From: an uncultured Chloroflexia bacterium
GTDB lineage: Bacteria; Chloroflexota; Anaerolineae; CG2-30-64-16
Assembly (NCBI GenBank): GCA_963774265.1
Contig: CAVZDU010000010.1
Span: forward strand, 96,001-160,000
Direction: 5' to 3'
Length of the DNA stretch: 64,000 bases
Made by a program: the position numbers and the translations under genes. The number at the start of each line of letters is the position of its first letter. Position 1 is the first letter of the stretch. Shown here piece by piece: positions 8,560 to 19,534 of the stretch. Under the pieces are notes generated by a model. The model worked only from the letters and a program-made list of their open reading frames with translations, searched no databases and was not told the DNA's origin.

Positions 8560-11109
8560 TTACGGCAACACGGTCACCGTCGTATAAGCCTCGGTCGTGT
8601 TTCCTTCCAGATCCGCCACGATGAACCCGACGACGTATTCGCCCGCCGCCGCGTCCAGTTCCTCCCACTTGAACGGGTTGTTCACCTGGAAGGTCAGCGT
8701 GTCACCCGCTTCCTTAGCCAGCTGCATGCCGCCCTGGCCGTCTGATTCCAGCCACGTCTCGGTCACCGTGAACTTGTCGCCGGCCGTCACCGTGACCTCC
8801 CGCGGTGCGCCGGGTGTGCCATCTTCCTGCGTGAAGGCGAATACCTGCCTCAGCAAGCCGTCCCGGAAGTATGCCCGTGCATGCCGCTGCTCGCCGTCCT
8901 GGTACGTGTAGGTGCCATCCACCGTGTAGATGGTATCCTCATAGGTGGCGCCATACGTTTCGGGCATCAGCGCGGCCTGTGCGCGCGTCTGACCATCCGT
9001 GATGGCGTAAGCGATGGGTTCCCACTCGAACTCCAGCTTGAAATCGCCCTCACCCCAATCCGGGTAGTACACGCCGTTCGCTTCCTTTGTCGCAGGCGCC
9101 TCGAGATAATCCCGATCGAGGATAGCGATCGAGCTGGACTTCTTATCGAGGTAGCCGGTGAAGAAGTAGACGTACCCAATGTTTTCCCCGCTGACATTCG
9201 TGCTCAACAGGACGGTATCGCGGATCGCGACCTCGTTCTTGTCCTTCTGAACGGGAGACAGCGTAATCTTTCCCGCGCCGGGTGCACGTGTCACGCCGCC
9301 GGTCTGGGGCACCGTGACGCCACGCGTGTCCGCCTCAAACGTCCGGCCGCCGTAGTGGAACAGCAGGAACTCATCCCACAGCGAATCCTGGGCGAATCGG
9401 TTTGCGATCTTAGTATAGGATTGCGGCCCGGCGGCCGGCTGCTGATAAACCTGGCCCGTTGGGAAGTAAATCGAGATGCCTGTCGCGCCCGGTTTGTCCT
9501 GCCCGCTCTTCTCCGCGATCACTGTCTCTGTGATCACCTGGGCGACGTTCCTTGCGGCCGCGTTGACCCCCTGATCCTTGCTTGCCTGCGTCAACAGGAT
9601 GAGGAAGTGGCCCAGGTCGATGTAAGATGGCGGCACCTGTTGTCCGAAGATCGAAGTGAACGACTGAGTATACCGCCGTGCCTTGGCGACAGCGTTCTGG
9701 TCGATGTTCTGCATGGCATAGGCCAGTTTGTTCACGCTCTCGACCAGCGCCGTTGTCTTCTCCAGGTCGACGGCGGTCAGTGTGACCCCGCGACCCAACT
9801 GCTGGCGGATCTGCTGAGCCGAAGCGCCTCCCATTGTGCTGCTGCGGCCGACCCACTCACTGCGCGCCTGGTCATCCAGGATGCGCTCATCCTGGTCGAC
9901 ATAGCTGGTTACGATCTGCTGGCCGAGCTCTGCGCCGCTCATGTCCGGGTTCTTGACGAGTTGGCTGAGGAACGCGGTGTAAGCCCAGCCCAACGCGGGC
10001 TCGGTCTCTTGCGAAAAGACCGCGTAGCGGCCATGCGGTGCGAGCGCGCTCATCACCTCAATGTGCCCCATCAGGCACGCGTCCATGCCGATCAATTCGA
10101 ATTTGTCGATGCCTGCCTGCTGCCGGGCTGTTTCCAGCGCAGCATCCAGCTCATTCAGGTACAACTGATCGCCCAGAGACGACTCCAGCGGAATGCTCCG
10201 GTCGATGCTTTGCCCCTGCTGCCCCGGATCCGGATCCGACCAGCCGCCCGGCCACCCCATCCCGTGGTCCGACAGGATCAACACATAGTTGTCCGCCGGG
10301 TAATTCTTTGCGGTCCATGTGACGAAGTCGACCAGTGTCTCTCCCGCGGACATGTTGAGTTCGCCTTCGCCGATCAGCTTGGAGCCGACCCGCGTCAGAT
10401 CCTGGTCAGGCTCGATGACGTAGCGCCGGGTCGCCGTCCAGTTCCCATCCCCGTTGAACCCGCCGCGATAGCGGTCGATCTGGGCAACCATATGCACGCG
10501 GTCCGTAGGACCGACGCGCTCCACCTCGTTCAGGTCGATGTAGATGTCCTGCTCGAGTATTTTGTCGTCCGCATCCTGGTACAACATGATGGTCCAGGTT
10601 TGGCCGGCTTTCGTGGCGCTCTGACCTGCAGCACTCGATGCGGTTGTCGCGACCGCCGCCTTCGTTGCAACCGGTGCAGTCGTGGGGCGCCGGGTGGCCG
10701 TGGCGCGGGGCGCCGCGGTCGCCAATGGCCGCGGCGTCGCGGTCGGCTGCATCTGCAAACCGGGCAGCGTCTGCTCCTGGGTCGGCTCCGGCAGCGTCGT
10801 GGTCGTCTGATTGCTGTTGCACCGGCCCAACACCAAGAACGCGATGAGCGCGCAGATGAGGAGCAGCCCAATCCCACCGCCGGCAGCACCGCGCGTGCCG
10901 CCAGGGATCTGCAGCCCTCCGCCGCCACCGCTCGATGGCGTGAATCCGCCCCCTCCACCGCTCGACGGCGTGCCTCCTCCGCCTCCGCCGCTCGACGGCG
11001 TGCCGCCATCGTCCCGCTGTGGCGCTTCGGCGCGCTCGCGTTGCGACGGATCTTGATCGGTGCGCCGACGACGGCCTGCACGTACAGTGCGATCAGGGTC
11101 GTCAGCCAT
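8560..11109 (-). CDS. membrane-anchored clostripain-family (C11) cysteine peptidase
   Basis: WTIMLYQDADD, LILSDHGMGW (His) and GMDACLMG (Cys) motifs. Gly-rich N-terminus, one TM helix, Thr/Ala linker. The start is uncertain (11109 or further upstream). Confidence 0.85.
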   Translation of the reverse strand: MADDPDRTVRAGRRRRTDQDPSQRERAEAPQRDDGGTPSSGGGGGGTPSSGGGGGFTPSSGGGGGLQIPGGTRGAAGGGIGLLLICALIAFLVLGRCNSNQTTTTLPEPTQEQTLPGLQMQPTATPRPLATAAPRATATRRPTTAPVATKAAVATTASSAAGQSATKAGQTWTIMLYQDADDKILEQDIYIDLNEVERVGPTDRVHMVAQIDRYRGGFNGDGNWTATRRYVIEPDQDLTRVGSKLIGEGELNMSAGETLVDFVTWTAKNYPADNYVLILSDHGMGWPGGWSDPDPGQQGQSIDRSIPLESSLGDQLYLNELDAALETARQQAGIDKFELIGMDACLMGHIEVMSALAPHGRYAVFSQETEPALGWAYTAFLSQLVKNPDMSGAELGQQIVTSYVDQDERILDDQARSEWVGRSSTMGGASAQQIRQQLGRGVTLTAVDLEKTTALVESVNKLAYAMQNIDQNAVAKARRYTQSFTSIFGQQVPPSYIDLGHFLILLTQASKDQGVNAAARNVAQVITETVIAEKSGQDKPGATGISIYFPTGQVYQQPAAGPQSYTKIANRFAQDSLWDEFLLFHYGGRTFEADTRGVTVPQTGGVTRAPGAGKITLSPVQKDKNEVAIRDTVLLSTNVSGENIGYVYFFTGYLDKKSSSIAILDRDYLEAPATKEANGVYYPDWGEGDFKLEFEWEPIAYAITDGQTRAQAALMPETYGATYEDTIYTVDGTYTYQDGEQRHARAYFRDGLLRQVFAFTQEDGTPGAPREVTVTAGDKFTVTETWLESDGQGGMQLAKEAGDTLTFQVNNPFKWEELDAAAGEYVVGFIVADLEGNTTEAYTTVTVLP
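10916..11007. repeat. intragenic 30-bp tandem repeat x3 (GGTPSSGGGG)
   Basis: CCGCTCGAYGGCGTG recurs with a 30-nt period. Confidence 0.75.
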
Positions 11110-11445
11110 CAGCAGCCAGTTGCGCGGCGTTTCCTCCGATGCGCGCTGGCTGTGTCTCCCGCCAAGGGCAGTGGCGGACTCCAGTTTCGGGTATAACAGA
11201 TCAAACGGATTCTTCATCACTCCCAATGCCTTTCTGACGGACGCGACATGGTAGACCGTCGCGGAGGAATGTATGCGCATTCTGGCCGGCGGCGCAACTC
11301 AGGATTGCCAGACATGTTGCCCCGCCGCAAGTGGCGCGATAATGAGTCGATGCATATCGAATCCATCGGTACATTGTACCCTTATATCACGAATAGATTA
11401 AGAAACAAATCACAGAAAGGCGTGGATCGAAAGGAGGAGGTCGGG

Positions 11446-11793
11446 ATGGAACCCAGCTTTTTTGACCGGGCGTATGCCGTCATCCGCATGATCCCGCGCG
11501 GCCGAGTCGCCAGCTACGGACAGATTGCTGCGCTCCTCGGCCATCCGCAGGCCGCGCGCACGGTCGGATGGGCGCTGAACGCGCTCCGCGATAGCGATAT
11601 CGACGATGTGCCCTGGCAACGCGTCATAAACAGCCAGGGCCGCATCAGCATCTCCCGTGCTGACCTCGGCGCGGACTTGCAGCGCGCGCTGTTGGAGGAA
11701 GAGGGGGTCGAGTTCAACAGCCGCGGCTATGTGGATCTGGACCGGTTCGGTTGGGAGGGCATGGACGACGTCGAGCAACTTTGGCGAACATAG
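11446..11793 (+). CDS. alkyltransferase-like protein (Atl/YbaZ, MGMT family)
   Basis: IPRGRVASYGQIA, ARTVGWAL and PWQRV (Trp in place of the catalytic Cys). AGGAGGAGG RBS before ATG 11446. Confidence 0.85.
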   Translation: MEPSFFDRAYAVIRMIPRGRVASYGQIAALLGHPQAARTVGWALNALRDSDIDDVPWQRVINSQGRISISRADLGADLQRALLEEEGVEFNSRGYVDLDRFGWEGMDDVEQLWRT

Positions 11794-11864
11794 CGGCGCA
11801 CTGATTTGCGGTTTGCCAACAAATGTTCTAAAATGCGGTTACAATCTGTGACAGGAGCAGTCTG

Positions 11865-12677
11865 ATGCGAGAAGTCACCATCGCGTTGGCGCAAATGGCG
11901 CCAGTGCTGAATGACAACGAAGAGAACCTGCGCCGGATGGGTAGCTACATCCAGCGCATTTGTAGTGAGCAGCCCACGAATCTCATTGTCTTCCCTGAGC
12001 TGGCCCTCTCCGGATACGAGTGCGGACTCAACTTTACCCGTCTCGCGGAGCGCCTCACGGGGCACGCGGTGTCTTACGTCGCCGGCAAGGCGGCGGAGTT
12101 CAACGTCTACGTCGTCTTCGGTATGCCTGTCAAGGAGAAGGTGGAGAGCATCCTCTTCAATGCGGCGGTTGTGATCGGACCGGACGGTGAACTGCTGGGC
12201 GACTATCGTAAGTTGCACCTGCAAGGGGAGGAGCGCCTCGCATTCCGGCCGGGGTATCGCCTGCCCATCTTCGACACCGAGTTTGGCGGCCTGGGCGTTA
12301 TGATCGGCTGGGATATGGCGTTCCCCGAAGTTGCTCGCAGCCTTGCGCTCGACGGCGCGGATCTCATTGTGGCGCCCTCAGCCTGGACGTCTGATCAGAT
12401 GGAGGCCTGGCGCGCATACACGGTCTCTCGCGCATGCGAGAACGCCATGGTCATCGCCGCGGCCAACCGAGTGGGCCAGGAGCCGAGTTACACCTTTGGC
12501 GGCGAATCGATGCTTGTCGGCCCGCGCGGCCAGACGCATACCTTCCTGGACGCGGCCGTCGAAGGCTACGCCGTCGCAACCGTGGACCTGGATGAGATCC
12601 GCACGGTCCGTGAGGAATCACAGGCTTTTCAGTGCCGCCAGCCCGCGGCCTATCGCGCGCTCGTGAGGAAATACTAA
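11865..12677 (+). CDS. carbon-nitrogen hydrolase (nitrilase) family protein
   Basis: FPEL (Glu), YRKLHL (Lys), RACEN and NRVG motifs. The nucleophile site reads IGWD. Confidence 0.85.
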   Translation: MREVTIALAQMAPVLNDNEENLRRMGSYIQRICSEQPTNLIVFPELALSGYECGLNFTRLAERLTGHAVSYVAGKAAEFNVYVVFGMPVKEKVESILFNAAVVIGPDGELLGDYRKLHLQGEERLAFRPGYRLPIFDTEFGGLGVMIGWDMAFPEVARSLALDGADLIVAPSAWTSDQMEAWRAYTVSRACENAMVIAAANRVGQEPSYTFGGESMLVGPRGQTHTFLDAAVEGYAVATVDLDEIRTVREESQAFQCRQPAAYRALVRKY

Positions 12678-12680
12678 GCA

Positions 12681-13715
<1,035 letters not shown>

Positions 13716-13742
13716 GCTTTCACCACCAAGGCGCCAGGCAGC

Positions 13743-13773
13743 AAGGGCCCACCGAGTATCTTGGTGGGCCTTT
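13743..13773. terminator. hairpin terminator between convergent genes
   Basis: AAGGGCCCACCGAG pairs with CTTGGTGGGCCTTT. Confidence 0.65.
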
Positions 13774-13793
13774 GAGCCCTGGAGCCGTTGCGG

Positions 13794-15731
13794 TTACGTC
13801 AGGCTTTTGATCGATTGCTCGATCTGCTGCTTCAGGCCCTCGATCGCTGCTCGCAGCGCCGCGTCCGCGCGATCCAATTCGGCCAGCCGGTCCTCCTGCT
13901 CCGCCAGCGTGCGCGCATAGCGAGTGCGTAACTGCCCCTCTTCGCCGCTGTCTCGCAGGCTGGCCAGGTTGCCCTGGATCGTTTTTTGCTGCTCCAGCAC
14001 CTTCTGCCTGCTGGCAGCATTCTTTTGGATCTCCTGTTCGCGCGCCGCGATTTCGTCGTACAGCTTCAGGATGCCGGCCAGCCGGTCATAGGTGGCCTTG
14101 TCCAGCGCCTTATCGCGCAGCCAGGCGGCCAGTTGCGCCAGGTTCTGGTTCCGAATCTCCTCCCGCCGCGCCACGAGGCGCCGTTGTCTGACGACGAGAG
14201 TATTCGTCTTGGCTGCCGGAATGTCGAGGCTGTAACGATAGTGCTCTGCCGTCCGTTCCACAGGGTCCGGCGTGTCGTAAGGATTGAACCCGCCGAGCAC
14301 AGGGTGCTCCACCGTGACGCGCACGGCCTGCCGGGTGCGGTTCTCAAGCCGGTACGTCGTCGCCTGGGTATCCCACTCCTGCACCACCACCAGCCCCTCG
14401 TGAATGCGCACGCTCTCCAGCTTGCGCTCGGAGCTGTGTTCCTCGGTCACAGTGACGCTCAGGTCGACCGCGTACGCCAGGTAAATCTCGCCCTCGCTCG
14501 AGGTGAATGGCAGCATCGCCTCACCCGCATACTCGCCTGCTTCGATCACGGTCAGCGGACCCCGTTCGAGGGTCAGCCCGGTCAGGTTTTTGAAGCGCAT
14601 GGCGATGACCGGATGCTTGGGCTGCTTGCGGCCGTTGTAGAGACGTTCCTTCATCAGCGCCACTGTGCTTTGCAGGATGGGCGCCATGGCCGAGCGCCCG
14701 CGGCGTACGGTCACCGGGTTCGCGACCGCATAGCTGAAGAATTCTCCCTGGGCCTGGCCCGTGGCCGCGACCGTGGTCGACGCCGCGACATCCGCCATTG
14801 CCGCGCGCATCACGCCCCGCCTGGGTGCAGCGGCCACGGCTTCGCGCATCAGCCCCTTCGCCATGCGCCCCTCATCCATCGACAGGGGCGCGGCCGCTTC
14901 AAATGTCCCTGCGAACTCGACAGGCCCGGCAACCCCGCGCGCCTCCTCCTGAATCACCGGCCGCTCGGGCGTGAAGGGCGTGTACAGATCATAGATGAAG
15001 CTGACCGGCATGCCCGCCACGAAGGTGAGTTCGACGTTCTCCAGATCCTCGTCCAGCGTATTGTCGAACAGCGCCCACCCCTGCAGAAGTCCCTTGCCGC
15101 CCTTGAGCGCGTCGACCTCATCGGCCACCAGCCGGTAGCTCACGCGCCACACCGGGCTCGGCGCGATGTAACTGACGCTCACTGCCTCCGCGCCCGGCGA
15201 CAGCCGCACGGTCACCGCGCGCTTGTTCTCCTCGGTCAGGCTCGTCTCCAGGAAGTAACTCAGGTCCGCGGCCGCGCGCTCGTCGTCCAGCGTCACGCTC
15301 AGGATATCCGCGAGCCGCAGAGGGATGATTTCGCGCGTTACGGGCGCGAACAGCGACAGCACTGTCGCTCCCATCGGCTCTCGTTCGCCGGGCAGGTCCA
15401 CCCCCACGACAATGCCGCTGTGCGACGAGCCCGTGGTGGTCACCTGGATGCTCCGGCCCCGCACGTCGCGCAGCAAATCGCGCAAGCTGGCCTGATCGGA
15501 GAGCTGAATCGACGACCGCTGGAGTAGCTCTGCTTTATCCTCCGGCGTCTGATAATCCACGCCGAGCACCTGGCCGCCTGCGGCTACCGCGGTCAGGCTC
15601 TTCAGAACGTCATTCATCTGCTCCTTGCGAAAGTCCAGGCTGACAATCTCGCCCGGCCCATGCCCGTGGCGCTCGAAGAACCCAACACCATGCTTATATA
15701 ACGTCATCTTGACGATCGGTAAACCGGACAT
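13794..15731 (-). CDS. DUF4139/DUF4140-like protein with C-terminal coiled coil
   Basis: LYKHGVGFFE, DVLKSLT, SYIAPSPVWRVSYRL and LQGWALFDN motifs; GGAGG RBS. Confidence 0.7.
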   Translation of the reverse strand: MSGLPIVKMTLYKHGVGFFERHGHGPGEIVSLDFRKEQMNDVLKSLTAVAAGGQVLGVDYQTPEDKAELLQRSSIQLSDQASLRDLLRDVRGRSIQVTTTGSSHSGIVVGVDLPGEREPMGATVLSLFAPVTREIIPLRLADILSVTLDDERAAADLSYFLETSLTEENKRAVTVRLSPGAEAVSVSYIAPSPVWRVSYRLVADEVDALKGGKGLLQGWALFDNTLDEDLENVELTFVAGMPVSFIYDLYTPFTPERPVIQEEARGVAGPVEFAGTFEAAAPLSMDEGRMAKGLMREAVAAAPRRGVMRAAMADVAASTTVAATGQAQGEFFSYAVANPVTVRRGRSAMAPILQSTVALMKERLYNGRKQPKHPVIAMRFKNLTGLTLERGPLTVIEAGEYAGEAMLPFTSSEGEIYLAYAVDLSVTVTEEHSSERKLESVRIHEGLVVVQEWDTQATTYRLENRTRQAVRVTVEHPVLGGFNPYDTPDPVERTAEHYRYSLDIPAAKTNTLVVRQRRLVARREEIRNQNLAQLAAWLRDKALDKATYDRLAGILKLYDEIAAREQEIQKNAASRQKVLEQQKTIQGNLASLRDSGEEGQLRTRYARTLAEQEDRLAELDRADAALRAAIEGLKQQIEQSIKSLT

Positions 15732-15822
15732 CGCACTCCTCCATTCGGGGCTCGCTTTCCCTATTGTACTGCAGAATCGGTTGCTCCGCGCAACCCAATC
15801 GCCCCCGCGGCGTATGGTTCAT

Positions 15823-15881
15823 GTAGAGACGTTGCATGCAACGTCTCTACAACGGGACGCAACGTCTCTACAACGGGACGC
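15823..15881. repeat. GTAG-type REP-like perfect palindrome plus a 21-bp tandem duplication
   Basis: GTAGAGACGTTGCATGCAACGTCTCTAC (15823-15850) is self-complementary. GCAACGTCTCTACAACGGGAC occurs twice in tandem (15838-15879). Confidence 0.8.
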
Positions 15882-16008
15882 CGCGCGTGCGTCAGCCAAC
15901 CGTCAACCGGCAGACAGCCGCGCGTTCGGCAGGCTCAGGCAAACGTGTTACCATATAGTTGCATGAGCAAATCTATATTGCCCTTGCCCTTTCTATTCGG
16001 AGCATACC

Positions 16009-16959
16009 ATGACTCAGCCCATCGTCTCACTCTCCGGCCTCTGCAAGACCTTCGGCACGTTGCGCGCAGTGGACGAAGTCTCGTTCGAGGTCTACCCGGG
16101 TGAGATCTTCGGTCTCCTCGGCCCCAACGGCGCAGGCAAGACGACCACCATCCGCATGATGCTCGACATCTTCCGCCCCGACTGCGGCGAGGTCCGGCTC
16201 TTCGGCGGCCCCATGTCCGAGGACAAGAAGCGCCGCATCGGCTACATGCCCGAGGAGCGCGGCCTCTATCGCGATCAGAAGCTAGCGCCGACGCTGGAGT
16301 ATCTCGCCACGCTTAAGGGGCTGTCTGAGTCCGAGGCGGCGCGGCGGCTGGAGAAGTGGCTCAAGCGGCTCGACCTCTGGGGCGACCGCCAGAAGAAGGT
16401 CCAGGACCTGAGCCGCGGCATGCAGCAGAAGGCCCAACTCATCGCCACACTCGTGCACGAGCCGGACCTGATCGTGGTCGACGAGCCCTTCGCCAACCTC
16501 GACCCGATCAACACCCGGATGGCTATCGAGATGCTCACCGAACAGGCCGAGCGGGGCAAGGCGGTCATCATGTCCACCCACCTGATGTTCCAGGTCGAGG
16601 CCATGTGCCACCGCATCGTGCTCATTGATAAGGGCCGCACGGTGCTCTATGGCACAGTGGATCAGATCAAGCGCGATTTCTCCACCAACGCGGTGCTGGT
16701 GGAGGGGCAGGGCGATTTCCGTTCCCTGCCCGGCGTCCTTGAGGCGCGGCAGGAGAACAGCCACTGGCATCTCTCCCTCGCCCAAGGCGCTACACCCCAG
16801 GCTGTCTTCCGTGCGCTGGCCGGGCAAGAGGGTGCGCGCATCGAACGTTTCGAGCTGGCCGAGCCTTCCCTGGACGACATCTTCATCAACGTCGTGCAGG
16901 ACGGCGGCTCCGGCCGCAGCGGCGGCCGCAACGGCGGCAGGGAGGCCTCCGATGGATAA
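16009..16959 (+). CDS. ABC-2 type transporter ATP-binding protein (NatA/YhaQ-like)
   Basis: Walker A GPNGAGKTT, signature LSRGMQQK, Walker B VVDEP and a C-terminal PSLDDIF. Confidence 0.92.
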   Translation: MTQPIVSLSGLCKTFGTLRAVDEVSFEVYPGEIFGLLGPNGAGKTTTIRMMLDIFRPDCGEVRLFGGPMSEDKKRRIGYMPEERGLYRDQKLAPTLEYLATLKGLSESEAARRLEKWLKRLDLWGDRQKKVQDLSRGMQQKAQLIATLVHEPDLIVVDEPFANLDPINTRMAIEMLTEQAERGKAVIMSTHLMFQVEAMCHRIVLIDKGRTVLYGTVDQIKRDFSTNAVLVEGQGDFRSLPGVLEARQENSHWHLSLAQGATPQAVFRALAGQEGARIERFELAEPSLDDIFINVVQDGGSGRSGGRNGGREASDG

Positions 16960-18184
16960 CCTCTGGCGGATCGCGCGCGCCGAGTACCTGCGGCTCGCGG
17001 CGAAGCGCTCCTTCCTGCTCTCGCTCATCGGCATGCCGCTCCTGATCGGCGCGGTCATTGCCATCGCGATCCTCACCGCGTTGCCCAAGGGCGACGCCCG
17101 CCCCATCGGCTACGTCGATCTTGCCGGCGTCATGCAGGGTGCGCTGGTCTCGATCTACGAGCCCGCGGCGGACGCGCGGGCCATGGCCTCCTTCGCGGAC
17201 GAGGCCGCAGCACGTGCTGCGCTCGAGGCGGGCGACATCCAGGCCTACTACGTGGTGCCGGCGGACTACCTGGCGTCGCGCAGCCTATCCCTGTTCACCT
17301 GGGGAGAATCGCTCTCGCCCGGCGCGAGGGGGGCCTTCGAGGATCTGCTGGCGGCCCACCTCGTGGCGCAGGCGCCCCCGGAGTCACAGAAGGTCCTGCT
17401 CGAAGGCATAAACCTGATTTATCGAGGCGTCAACGACCGCCGCGAGCTTCCCGTCGAAGGTTTCCTCGTCGCCACGATTCTGCCGTTTGTCATCGGCTTC
17501 TTCTTCGTGATGGTCGTCATGAGTTCCGGCGGCTACCTGCTCCAGGCCGTGACCACCGAGAAGGAGAACCGCATGGTCGAGGTGATGATGACCTCGGTCT
17601 CGCCGTTGGCGCTCATCGGGGGCAAGGCCGTCGGCTTGATCGGCGTAGCCCTTACCCAGGTCCTGGTCTGGCTCATCGCCCTGGCCGTGGCGCTCGCGTT
17701 CGGCAGTCGCCAGGTGTCGTGGTTGAGCGATCTCCAGGTGCCTTGGACCACCCTGCTCCTCGCGGCCGTCTACTTCCTGCCCACGTACGTGTTGCTTGCG
17801 GGCATGATGATCACCGTCGGCAGCATGGTGACCGAGCTCCAGCACGGCCAGCAGATCGCCGGCTACTTCAACTTGCTTTTTGCCGTGCCCTTCTTTTTCA
17901 TCGTGCTTCTTTTCAGCAACCCCAACAGCCCGATCATGGTTGCGCTGACGCTCTTCCCCACAACCTCGATGATGACCCTCGCGATGCGCTGGGGCGTCAC
18001 GCAGGTGCCCGCGTGGCAGATCGCCCTCAGCTTCGCCCTGCTCCTCGCATCCGCCCTGGGGAGCATCTGGGTGGCCGCCAAGGTGTTCCGCCTGGGCATG
18101 CTGCGTTACGGTCAGCCCTTGAGCCTGGCCGGCCTGGTCAACCTGCTGCGCCCTGCCCGCGCGGCGAGCGGAGCGAGAAGATGA
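16952..18184 (+). CDS. ABC-2 transporter permease
   Basis: MDNLW start after GGAGG; EKENRMVEVM...GK motif; multiple TM helices. Confidence 0.88.
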   Translation: MDNLWRIARAEYLRLAAKRSFLLSLIGMPLLIGAVIAIAILTALPKGDARPIGYVDLAGVMQGALVSIYEPAADARAMASFADEAAARAALEAGDIQAYYVVPADYLASRSLSLFTWGESLSPGARGAFEDLLAAHLVAQAPPESQKVLLEGINLIYRGVNDRRELPVEGFLVATILPFVIGFFFVMVVMSSGGYLLQAVTTEKENRMVEVMMTSVSPLALIGGKAVGLIGVALTQVLVWLIALAVALAFGSRQVSWLSDLQVPWTTLLLAAVYFLPTYVLLAGMMITVGSMVTELQHGQQIAGYFNLLFAVPFFFIVLLFSNPNSPIMVALTLFPTTSMMTLAMRWGVTQVPAWQIALSFALLLASALGSIWVAAKVFRLGMLRYGQPLSLAGLVNLLRPARAASGARR

Positions 18185-19428
18185 ACATGCGCAACGTCGG
18201 CCTCGTCATCAAGTACGAAATCGTCAGCATGCTTCGGAAACCGTCGTTCTGGCTCTTCACGTTCGGTTTTCCGCTCATGATCCTGGCCTTCACGTTCTTC
18301 CCGCAGCTCGTCGCACAGCGCTCGATCTCCGAGGCACAGGCCACCATTCTCGCTGGCGCACGCGGCCCTGCCGTCCCCTACGTCGACCTTGCGGGGGTCA
18401 TCGTCACCGTGCCCGACGACCTGCGACCTGCCTTCAAACCCTTCGCGGATGAGGACGCGGCCGTGGCCGCGCTCCGCGCAGGAGAAATCGCCCAGTACTA
18501 CCTGATCCCTGCCGACTTCCGGGAGACGGGCCGCGTGATCGCGGTGACCGAGCATCCCTCCCCGCTGACCAACATGACCGGCTCCGACCAGCTCGAGGCC
18601 GTCCTGCGCCTCAATCTGGCCGGCTCCAGCCCTGTGGCAGCCGCGCTTGCCGACCCGATTGCGCGGGTCGAGGAGCGCAGCCTGGCGCCGTCAGAGGGTG
18701 CGGCAGAGGGTCCCCGCAGCGAGATGGAGGAGATGACCGACTTCCTGATCCCGTTCGCGGTGATGTTCATCCTCTTCTTCGTGATCACCATGAGCGCAGG
18801 TTACATGCTGCAAAGCGTGACGCGCGAGAAGGAGAATCGCACCGCCGAGCTCCTGCTGACCAGCCTCAGCCCACGCGAACTGATATTGGGCAAGGTCGTC
18901 GGCCTGGGCATCGTGGCGCTCGTACAGATGGGCATTTGGTTGGGTGGGGGTCAGCTCATTCTGGTCGGCGGAGCGGTGGTCGTCGCGGGCCTCGCGGGCA
19001 AGGGACTTTCGTTGGGGTTCTTCGCCTGGGCGGTGGTCTTCTTCCTCTTCGGCTACATCGTCTACGCCGCCGCGCTCGGTGCGCTCGGTGCGCTCGCGCC
19101 CACCATGCGCGAGGGCTCCCAATTCACCTTCGTCCTGCTGCTGCCCCTGATGATCCCTTTGTGGCTGAACAACGTCTTCGTCAACGATTCGAATGGCCCG
19201 ATCGCCACCGCGTTGAGCCTCTTTCCGCTGACCGCGCCAACTACCATGGTCACCCGGCTCGCAGGGGGCGGCGTCCCGGCCTGGCAGCCCTTCGTCGCGC
19301 TTGCCGGCGTCATCGTCGCCGCGTACCTTTTCGTCCTGCTCGCCGCCCGCTTCTTCCGCGCCGACACGCTGCTCTCATCCACCAGCATCAGTTGGGGCCG
19401 GATAGCCAGCGAGCTACGGGGGAAATGA
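18181..19428 (+). CDS. ABC-2 transporter permease (paralog)
   Basis: ATGA overlap with the previous gene; EKENRTAELLL...GKV motif. Confidence 0.88.
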   Translation: MNMRNVGLVIKYEIVSMLRKPSFWLFTFGFPLMILAFTFFPQLVAQRSISEAQATILAGARGPAVPYVDLAGVIVTVPDDLRPAFKPFADEDAAVAALRAGEIAQYYLIPADFRETGRVIAVTEHPSPLTNMTGSDQLEAVLRLNLAGSSPVAAALADPIARVEERSLAPSEGAAEGPRSEMEEMTDFLIPFAVMFILFFVITMSAGYMLQSVTREKENRTAELLLTSLSPRELILGKVVGLGIVALVQMGIWLGGGQLILVGGAVVVAGLAGKGLSLGFFAWAVVFFLFGYIVYAAALGALGALAPTMREGSQFTFVLLLPLMIPLWLNNVFVNDSNGPIATALSLFPLTAPTTMVTRLAGGGVPAWQPFVALAGVIVAAYLFVLLAARFFRADTLLSSTSISWGRIASELRGK

Positions 19429-19455
19429 CGTAACAGATGCCCACTTGAGGCCCAA

Positions 19456-19504
19456 CGGATCAACGGTTATGATCACGTACGTCGGTGATTCATCCGTTGA
19501 TCCG
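19456..19504. terminator. hairpin between convergent operons
   Basis: CGGATCAACGG pairs with CCGTTGATCCG, with an inner ATCAC/GTGAT stem. Confidence 0.5.
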
Positions 19505-19534
19505 CTCGATTATCCGCTGCGTTCGGTCGTTAGC

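Noticed and set aside
8881-11196. Long antisense ORFs (771 aa here; also 13986..15527 and 32103..33467)
   Set aside because: These are shadows of real genes on the opposite strand in high-GC DNA and have no recognisable motifs.
15838-15879. CRISPR-like direct repeat
   Set aside because: There are only two abutting 21-bp units, with no spacers and no cas genes.
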